Shown in pieces: positions 59,560 through 64,000 of a stretch of 64,000 nt of DNA. The stretch is from Octopus sinensis. Its lineage: Eukaryota. The notes under the pieces were generated by a model, which was not told the DNA's origin, made no database searches, and saw nothing but the letters and a program-made list of their open reading frames with translations. Where the stretch lies: positions 42,904,001 through 42,968,000 of the forward strand of contig NC_043013.1 in assembly GCF_006345805.1 (NCBI RefSeq), in the 5' to 3' direction. Each line of letters begins with the position of its first letter. Within the stretch, counting starts at the first letter, position 1. Made by a program: the position numbers and the translations under genes.

Positions 59560-60900
59560 GAAGGAAAATGGATGTTAAATGATGATGAAGAATTTCAGAC
59601 TAATCTATATGAAAGGAGAAAATATAAGCATTGCATACCGTCCTCCTGACACAATTAACCACAGAGATTACTTCAGAGATGCTTTGTCGCTCATAAGTCT
59701 AACCCTAGCTGAGGCCAGGACATGGGCCAATGTACTTTTGACAGGGGTCTTTAATTTTCCTTGTCTTACAGACCTGTTTCCCTTGCATCTAAAATTATCA
59801 AACACCCTGTCTGAAGAAAAAAAATAATAACACACCTGGAAGAAAACAGCTTAGATGACACACGGCATGGGTTTTGGACTGAACGAAGTTGCCTGTTACA
59901 ACTATTACAGCATCATGACACTACCCTCAATAATCTCTTGAAGGGAAAGAGCACTGACTGTTAATACTTTGATTTTGTTAAGTCGTTTGAGAAGATGGAT
60001 CATGGAATCATCTGTCATAAGTTAAATCTTGGTATCACAGGAAACGTTGGAGAATGGCTCTTTAACTCCCTATATGGTAGGAGGCCAACCTGTTGCTGCA
60101 AATGGTTTTCTCTCTGCTCAGTTACCTGTAATAAGTCATACACATCAGGCAATGAATTATGCTGAAAGCAAAAATATGAATGGCTTGAAATTTACTTCAT
60201 CAAAATTACATCTTCTCCATTGCTGAGGGAATACACCCAAATCGCAATATTTGACATAAGGTAGCATAATGATTCAGACCACTAATGACATACAGGACTT
60301 AGGAATAATCATGTCAAATGATGCATTTTTCATCAGCCATATTATCAAACTAACCTTTAAATGCAGCCGACTCATAGGTCGGCTCCTATGAACTTTCATG
60401 ACAACCAGTAGTTAGATTAACAGTATGGAAAACCCTAATTCTGAGCAGATTAGATTAGTGCTTACAGTTTTAATCTCCTAACTCCTCTGGTCTCAAGAAG
60501 AAATTGAAGGGTAACAAGGAACGTTCACCAGTAAAATACCTTCGGTTAAAAGCCTTATTTACTCAGAATGTCTCTAATTGCTACATCTCTACTATTACAT
60601 ACTTATGGAAAATTGTGGAGGGGCATGCTCCAAACTTTGGCATTGGAGGGAATTTTAATGCATAAACTCTTATATACTGTCAGCTTCCACATACACTACC
60701 CTCAAAATCATGAGCAAAAGTACTATATTGTACTAGTCTCATACTTAGAGGTTCTCAACTGTTCAACTACCTATCTATATTAATCAGCTACATGAAAGGG
60801 ACTTCTAATGAAACATAAAAAAAAAAATCATTGCATATACTCAATAAATGACAATACCATACTAGTCAACCATTCACGGATGCACTTGGGAGTTCACCTG
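59560..60900 (+). mobile_element. Old CR1-group LINE with internal deletions
   Basis: Endonuclease YRPPDT / LTGVFNFP and RT RSCLLQLL / YFDFVKSFEKMDHG remnants. Confidence 0.65.
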
Positions 60901-61192
60901 CTAGAAAACTCAATCATAGACCATCTTCCAGTCAAAATAGTAGAAAATAAATTAAGGCAGTGCTACAGCATGGGCGCAGTACTATCATTAAAAGAATTCC
61001 TAATGGTACCACTGACCACAATCTTTCATACCATTGCCAAATATGTGTGTATATATATATACATCAGACTGGAACCAGGTACAGCTCTCCAGTTTACCAG
61101 TTCCAGTCAAACAGTGTAACCCATGCCAACATAGAAACTGGATGCTAAATAATGGTAGTGATGATGATGATGAATATTTATATCTATCTATC

Positions 61193-61238
<46 letters not shown>

Positions 61239-61519
61239 AAAACAGCTTAAAAGTGACCCTATTGGGTGGCTTTTAAGCTAGCCCCTGTGGAGGACTCTTC
61301 ATTGGACCTTGAGCCCAATAATGACATTTCATGCATTGACTACATATCAAATTTTATTAAACTTGACCAATATTTTTCAAGCAATGAACAATTTTCATCA
61401 AAACAGTGATATATATTGACTTGGAACTTATTGCAAAGCTTCATGATAAACATTTTTTGTCTTCCCATTCGAGGCTCAGTACAGTTTTTTTCTGTCTAAC
61501 CTCTTTCTGTTGATTGTTT

Positions 61520-61800
61520 TCAACCATCACCATCACCACAACTGCCATCCACACACCATTCAGACTTCTGACGCCACCAGCATCAGTACTTTTGACTTCG
61601 TCACCTTCCTCCCACACCACCATCACCACTGTCTTTCACATTCCTCACTCTCACCGTCATGCTTGACCGCCTCAGCTACCACCATCATCACCATCGCCTC
61701 TGCCTCTATCACAACTACAGCTCATACTATTACTATCACCCCATTACCATCTCAGCTGTCAATCTACTACTGCCTTCACCGTCTCTATGCCTACTATTAC
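61520..61800. repeat. (CAC/CAT)n low-complexity tract
   Basis: Degenerate trinucleotide repeats. Confidence 0.7.
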
Positions 61801-62069
61801 TCTCACCCCAGCAAGCAGAGAAGTGTCATTGAATATCGAGAGAGGGTGTGGGGTCAAAGAAATTCGTTTTGGCATTTATTATAGATATACTAGAAAAATA
61901 GCAAAATATGTTGTATAGGAATTTGTTATTCTAAATTCAATTTATTCTTTAATTGGGAAATTAAATCTGAATTCATAATGCAAAATAATAATAATAAACG
62001 AAAATACTAAATTTACCACTTTTATAAAAGGAGATAAATTCTACCACATATGTTGAAGGAAATTATGTA

Positions 62070-62800
62070 TGGGCTTTTGGGTAAACAACATTCTTTGTTT
62101 TCTGGTTTGGAGTGTTGGCAAATAATTCTTGCAAACTACCTACCCTGGAGCAACCAACATTAAGGTGACCATGAGAAAAGCAAGCCAGTAGATTTCAAAG
62201 AGTGACCTTAAGCTTTATTAATAGACATTGCAAAGCAAAGTCACACTGGGAATTGTGTTCATTTGAACTCAAATGGCATGTCTGTTGGTTTGATTGGAAT
62301 TCTTGGAAAGAAAGCCTCTTCCCCAGAGGTACATCCATTGATGATGGTAGCTTCTGTCGCATTAGGTGATAATGTCTTCACAATCAACCTTGTCCCATTG
62401 CATAATTTAGGAGGATCTAAATTTCTTAGAAGCAATATTGGGACTCCTACCTTCAGAAAAAGTTAATGTGGAGGAGTTCCAGGTGGCTCAAGTGAATTAA
62501 GTAACTCTGTTGAGTAATGGACAGCTTGATTTTCATCAAGGACCGAATCAACGGATTTGTACTTCTTAATGACAGTTGGAATCTTATAAATTCATGGTTA
62601 ATCCTTGCTACTGTCTCATATTTTGGAGCAAAAATTGCCGGCACACAGCCATTTATGTGAATTTTGATGATAGGTTTATTGTTGCCTCTGGTGTTCTGTA
62701 AGGTTTTACCAGGAGCTTCCATTGCCCCTCTATGTGACATGGTGCATTCATCCCAAATGATAAGGTGGCATTTAAAAGCAGAATGAGCTGTTCGTCCTGC
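62070..62800 (-). mobile_element. Helitron PIF1-type helicase remnant
   Basis: LIIWDECTMSHRGAMEA, KVGVPILLLRNLDPPKLCNGTRLIVK, QFPV*LCFAMSINKA*G, CFSHGHLNVGCSRVG. Confidence 0.85.
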
Positions 62801-62807
62801 TTTTTCC

Positions 62808-62840
<33 letters not shown>

Positions 62841-63657
62841 GATATTAAAATTGGAAAAATCCACCTTGTTTATAAAAAGTTTTAACCTGGACTTGCACTC
62901 TCCAAGCCACTGGACAGGCTTCTTTCAGTTTCTGTCTACCAAATTCACTCACAAGGCATTGATCAGCCTAGGGCTATAGTAGAAGACACTTGGAGCCCAA
63001 AACCATGTAGTTGCAAAGCAAGTTTCTTAATATATAAATCATTCTTAAAGACATCACCACAGTCTGTTGAGCATTATAAAAGCTGTTGTTTTTCACTGAC
63101 AATAAGTGTTTCACATATGCTGTGCTATGTTTGACTTCTCTTGCATACATCCCTATCAGGATATATATTATCCAATTTTGTCGACAAATGTCCATTGTAC
63201 TATCTACAGGAGCCTAAATAACTCAGATTCAGCACTGTCATATAGAGACATATGGACACACATTGTAAATCATACAAATCATTTTATACTCATTTCAATT
63301 GTGGTTTGAAATATTGTCTAGAATTCCTCATATTAGTTTCCTCGTAACCATTTTTATAAATATGGACATTCTGCTGAATATGAACCTTTTGTGATAGTTA
63401 GTTATTTTGTGATAGTTATTTTCTGTTAACTTTACCTTGTCTTTGTTACGAGGATGACACTAATAATGGAACACCCTTCCCATGTGATGAGTGGTATGTG
63501 CTTGTCATTACAAATACTGTGTAAGAAACCGAGTCATCAAGAAGTCAGTCAAAAATAGTCATGTCTTTACTTGTCTAACTATACTGCTATACTGGAGTGG
63601 ACATTATACAGTCCAATGTTGGATTACAAGTCTTCTAAAATGAAATTTATATATAGG

Positions 63658-64000
63658 TGCAGGAGTGGCTGTGTGGTAAGTAGCTTGCTTATCAACCACA
63701 TAGTTCCGGGTTCAGTCCCACTGCGTGGCACCTTGGGCAAGTGTCCTCGGGCTGACCAAAGCCTTGTGAGTGGATTTGGTAGACGGAAACTGAAAGAAGC
63801 CCGTTGTATATATGTATATATATATATATATATATATGCGTGTGTGTCTGTGTTTGTCCCCCTAGCATTGCTTGACAACCGATGCTGGTGTGTTTATGTC
63901 CCCGTTACTTAGCAGTTCGGCAAAAGAAACTGATAGAATAAGTACTGGGCTTACAAAAGAATAAGTCCCGGGGTCGAGTTGCTCGATTAAAGGTGGTGCT
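63658..64000 (+). mobile_element. Young tRNA-derived SINE, cut by the window end
   Basis: Near-identical to 46440-46823. Confidence 0.9.

Noticed and set aside
61510-61884. His/Thr-rich 124-aa ORF
   Set aside because: Degenerate (CAC/CAT)n repeat with no splice support.

Overview
AT-rich, repeat-dense animal genomic DNA. The SINE families look like those of Octopus (recalled, not searched). The main content is a complete 20-exon minus-strand gene for a SAFB/SLTM-family protein (SAP domain, acidic linker, RRM, E/R coiled coil, Gly-rich tail). I assembled it by hand from 51975 to 19859 with all-GT/AG introns and consistent phases: 3075 nt, 1024 aa. Directly downstream is a diverged tandem duplicate (about 15805 to the window start). 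Its SAP exon has lost the ATG and gained a TAG, its exons 2 and 5 each lack 1 nt, and its exons 3-4 are missing, but exons 6-8 are still open. The two copies share a CTCF-type motif at the promoter, two candidate poison exons in intron 8, and patches of near-identity suggesting gene conversion. A probable first coding exon of a divergently transcribed plus-strand gene lies at 57820-57960. The rest is TE debris: a full-length degenerate piggyBac, Gypsy LTR, Tc1/mariner, CR1/L2, RTE, CRE, Helitron, Merlin-like, several MITEs and many SINEs. Identity figures are by-eye estimates.
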